Origin: Craspedostauros australis
Lineage: Eukaryota
DNA length: 61,270 nucleotides
Assembly (NCBI GenBank): GCA_030167865.1
Contig: JALAGF010004571.1
Location: forward strand, 1-61,270
Direction of reading: 5' to 3'
The notes beneath the pieces are model-generated. The model worked only from the letters and a program-made list of their open reading frames with translations, searched no databases and was not told where the DNA came from. This document shows, piece after piece, positions 57,914 through 61,270 of this stretch; the first letter of the stretch is position 1; each line of letters opens with the position of its first letter. The position numbers and the translations under genes are program-made.

Positions 57914-59077
57914 ATGGCCAACAGCCACAAGAAGATCCTCGCCACCTTTCCACAGGCAATCGTCGAACCCATCGTCGGGGTACCCACATACGAGTCCATC
58001 GCAGAACTCAATGTAGTCCTCAACGCCAATGCGGCCTCNGTNCACTGCCCNCTCGGAAACGGNCAGCTTGGATACCTGGTCCTCACCGTCTCCCGAGNGG
58101 TGTACCAAGAACACTCGGCGACAGCATTCGTCGTGCCGGTCAATCCAGGACCGCACCCGAACATCCCGAACGCAGCCACTGCAGCCCAGATCAGCGCCGC
58201 CACCAGCATCCACAAGGAACAAGAGCGCCTATGGAGAGAGTACCGCGCGGTCGACAATGCCCTCAAGCAGCAGCTTCTTGGCGCCATTGAAGACCAGTAC
58301 GTGCGAACTCTCCGCCACAACATCGTAGGGTACGCCAACGTCACGACACTCGAGCTGCTGACCCACCTGTACTCCACGTATGGCAAGATCACACCGCAAG
58401 ACCTCGACGAAAACGACAAGGCCATGAAGACCCCGTACAATCCGACGGCGCTGTTCGAAGTGCTCGTCGCCCAAATCGAGTCTGCGCGCGATCTTGCGGC
58501 AGCCGCCAAAGCGCCGTACGCAGATCACCAGCTCGTCACCACGGCATACAACCTGGTGTTCCGAACACAAGCGTTCCCCGAAGCATGCCGTTCTTTCCGC
58601 GCTCTCAGTGCCGCCGACAAGACATGGGCTCGCTTCAAGAAGGACTTCGCTGCAGCTCACCAAGACCTGCGCGAAACGCAAGCCACGACACAAGACGCCA
58701 ACTTCCAAGGAGCCAACGCAGCAATCACCTCCGCGGAGACTACAGACGCACTCGCCAACCTCGCATCCGCCACAGCCGCGGATCGCAGCACAGTAGCGCA
58801 GCTCACCGAGAGCAACGCCAACCTCGTCAAGCAATTGACAGAGATCACGGCGATGGTGTCCCAACTGCGAGCCAACGCAGCCACGAGCAGCGGCACCGGA
58901 AGCAAGAAGGGAGGGCGCAAGCACAAGCACAGCTCCTACTGCTGGACGCACGGATACAAGGTGGGCATCACGCACACCAGCGCGACGTGCATGAACCCAG
59001 CGCCAGGACACCAGAAGGACGCCACTCGAAGCAACACCATGGGAGGATCCACCGACGGCGCCAAGTCGAACGCATGA
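57914..59077 (+). CDS. gag: Gag protein of the copia element
   Basis: 387-aa ORF with a coiled coil and a C-terminal knuckle YCWTHGYKVGITHTSATC. It lies directly upstream of protease/integrase. Confidence 0.88.
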   Translation: MANSHKKILATFPQAIVEPIVGVPTYESIAELNVVLNANAAXXHCXLGNXQLGYLVLTVSRXVYQEHSATAFVVPVNPGPHPNIPNAATAAQISAATSIHKEQERLWREYRAVDNALKQQLLGAIEDQYVRTLRHNIVGYANVTTLELLTHLYSTYGKITPQDLDENDKAMKTPYNPTALFEVLVAQIESARDLAAAAKAPYADHQLVTTAYNLVFRTQAFPEACRSFRALSAADKTWARFKKDFAAAHQDLRETQATTQDANFQGANAAITSAETTDALANLASATAADRSTVAQLTESNANLVKQLTEITAMVSQLRANAATSSGTGSKKGGRKHKHSSYCWTHGYKVGITHTSATCMNPAPGHQKDATRSNTMGGSTDGAKSNA

Positions 59078-59146
59078 CAAGCACGGCAGGACCACAGTAA
59101 GCAAGTAGCACTCTCTGTTACTACTTCATCATCCTGTGCTCCTGCC
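59075..59146 (+). other. Candidate stop-codon readthrough signal (UGA-CAA-GCA + 3' stem-loop)
   Basis: TGA at 59075-77. GGCAGGACCACAG (59085-97) pairs 12/13 with CTGTGCTCCTGCC (59134-46), and inner AAGTAG (59103-08) pairs with CTACTT (59121-26). Confidence 0.7.
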
Positions 59147-61270
59147 CTCGCCATAGTTGACTCTGGTTGCACTAGTCATTTCCTGCGACCTGAAGATCCA
59201 TGCATTGGCCAAACGCCCGACGATAACCCGTTGGCGGTGTCGCTGCCTGACGGATCCAGCATCCAATCTTCCCACCGAGCCACAGTCAGCATTGCCAACG
59301 TGCCACAGCACGCTTGCACCGCACGAATTTTTCCGCAGCTTTCCAGCGCGGCGCTTGTGTCGGTGGGGCAACTGTGTGACCACGGCATGACAGTTGACTT
59401 CGACCAAGAATCCGTGAGAATTCGAAAAAACGGAAACACGATTCACACCGGTTGTCGGCATCAAGTTGACGGCATGTACCGCATCGACATCCAACCGCCG
59501 AAGCCCACATCGCCAAAAATGGCCAATCACGTCCATCACACGTCAACCAAGACGGAACTGGCCAAATATTACCACCAGTGCTGTTTCAGCCCCGCGGTAT
59601 CCACGTTCACGGCAGCCATCAAGAAAGGATTCTTTTCGTCTTGGCCAGGCCTGACCGAACAAATGGTGCGAAAATTCCTTCCACCTTCCACCGCTACCGC
59701 CGCTGGGCACCTCCGACAACAGTACCAGAACACGCAGTCCACGCGCAGTCACTGCAACCACGTCACCCAGTCCACCAAGAATCCCACGGAACAACGCGAA
59801 ATCTTCATGGATGTTTATCGGCCAACAGGCAAAATCTTCACCGATCAAACAGGCCGATTCCCAGTGACGTCAAGCCGTGGATACCAGTACATCATGGTGT
59901 TGTACGACCATGACTCCAACGCGATTCTTTCACGCCCACTGCGCAGTCGGCACGCAACGGAACTCACGCGAGCGTGTGACGAACTTTTGACGGTTCTCCT
60001 TCGAAGCGGAATGACACCGCGGTTCCACAGGCTCGACAACGAGGCGCCGAAAGAACTCAAGCACCTCATCGAGTCAAAAGGTATCCAGTACCAGCTTGTA
60101 CCACCAGGCATTCATCGGCGCAACGCTGCAGAGAGAGCCATCTCCACTTGGAAAGACCACTTCATCGCAGGACTGGCCACAGCCGACGAAGCGTTTCTGC
60201 TTCATCTGTGGTGTCAACTCCTCCCCCAATGCGACATCACGCTCAACCTGATGCGACCGTCGCGAGTCAACCCACACATCTCGGCACATCATGCCCTCCA
60301 CGGCAACTTCGACTTCAACGCAACGCCAATGGCACCACCAGGCACCAAGGCCGTCATTCATGACAAACCCAGCAAGCGAGCCACGTGGGCACCGCACGGA
60401 TCCGCCGGATGGTACATAGCACCAGCACTCGAGCACTACCAGTGCTACAAGGTATATTGCAACAAAACGAGGAAGATCCGAATCACCGACACCATCGAAC
60501 TGATGCCAAGCAAGTGCGCCATGCCCACACCAACCAACGCAGAGATGGCCATCAAAGCGGCAGGCGACCTCGCCACCGCACTCACCAAGCCATGCGCACC
60601 ACTCCGGTCCATTGGCGACGAGCAACTCGGAGCACTCCAGCAGCTCAGCGACATCTTCCAGCAGGCGCTCCCCGCGACGCCCACAGCGCCACTTCCGAGG
60701 GTGCACACCGAGCCACCTCCGAGGGTGCTCACCACGGCCAGCAGTGGCACCAACAACAAACGCGTCACCTTCGCGACGCCGGCGCGCACACCTCCGAGGG
60801 TGCCCCAAACCACACCGCAAGTCACAGACGACGAAGCCGACTCCGAACCAGAATCGGACGACGACGACGACGACGACGACAGCGCCAACACGGGAGCACC
60901 TCCCACAGGCCATTCCGCAACAACGCCACGCACACGACTGCGCACCGGCACCATCCAGCGCAAGCAATGGGCACGCGGAGCCACCACCGCAAACGCAGTC
61001 ATCGACGAACGCACGGGAACGGCATACGAATACCGGCACCTCATCGCTGGCAAGGTTCATGGCCACACCCCGCAACAATGGTACACATCCTTCGCAAACG
61101 AGATCGGGCGTCTCGCACAAGGCGTCGGAACCCGCATCCCAGCATCGGCGGCAACCAACACCATCTTCTTCGTCCCAAGATCAGCAGTACCACGAGATCG
61201 CACCGTCACATACGGCCGCATCGTCTGCGCCGTACGACCACAAAAAGCGGAAACACATCGCACGCGCCTC
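59078..61270 (+). CDS. pol: Pol polyprotein (protease, integrase, start of reverse transcriptase), partial; absent from the ORF track because it has no stop in the window
   Basis: Manually translated and open to the window end. Protease: IVDSGCTSHF (D at 59159) and LVSVGQLCD. Integrase: FTDQTGRFPVTSSRGYQY...RLDNE...HRRNAAERAI. RT start: WYTSFANEIGRLAQG...TIFFV...VTYGRIVC.VRPQK. Confidence 0.92.

Larger units (their letters stand above)
57657..61270 (+). mobile_element. Ty1/copia LTR retrotransposon (diatom CoDi-type), 5' part; runs off the window
   Basis: The order LTR - gag - protease - integrase - start of RT is the copia order. The element is CpG-rich and uninterrupted except for the single gag/pol UGA. 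N bases at 58040-58098 suggest multi-copy heterogeneity. Confidence 0.92.

Noticed and set aside
60074-61120. Long minus-strand ORFs over the retrotransposon (also 58229..59104 and 60445..61053)
   Set aside because: These are antisense shadows of gag/pol caused by codon bias, with no motifs. The real pol frame is on the + strand.

Overview
This is eukaryotic nuclear DNA, most likely from a diatom. The evidence is GT-AG introns, bipartite/tripartite plastid-targeting presequences, diatom-expanded protein families and a CoDi-type copia element. The left end holds a CpG-decayed PIF/Harbinger-like transposase relic. The middle holds about 14 host genes: an RVxF-family protein, a repeat+RING E3 ligase, a lumenal MsrB-like protein, a DUF6824 protein, a CHD chromatin remodeller, a 971-aa unknown, a lumenal PsbQ-like protein, a MOT2/MFSD5 transporter, a HAD nucleotidase, a Tic22-like protein, a 2OG-Fe(II) oxygenase, a macrodomain protein, a BIG-type Sec7 ARF-GEF and a WRKY19-like zinc-finger protein. 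The right end holds the 5' part of an apparently intact Ty1/copia LTR retrotransposon, which is the most striking item. It has no tRNA-type primer-binding site: the 14 nt directly after the LTR's terminal CA are perfectly complementary to a sequence inside the LTR, a Tf1-like self-priming layout. Its gag and pol are in frame but separated by a single UGA in a leaky context, followed 7 nt later by a long stem-loop, which suggests programmed readthrough. Gene models were built by eye and no database searches were run.
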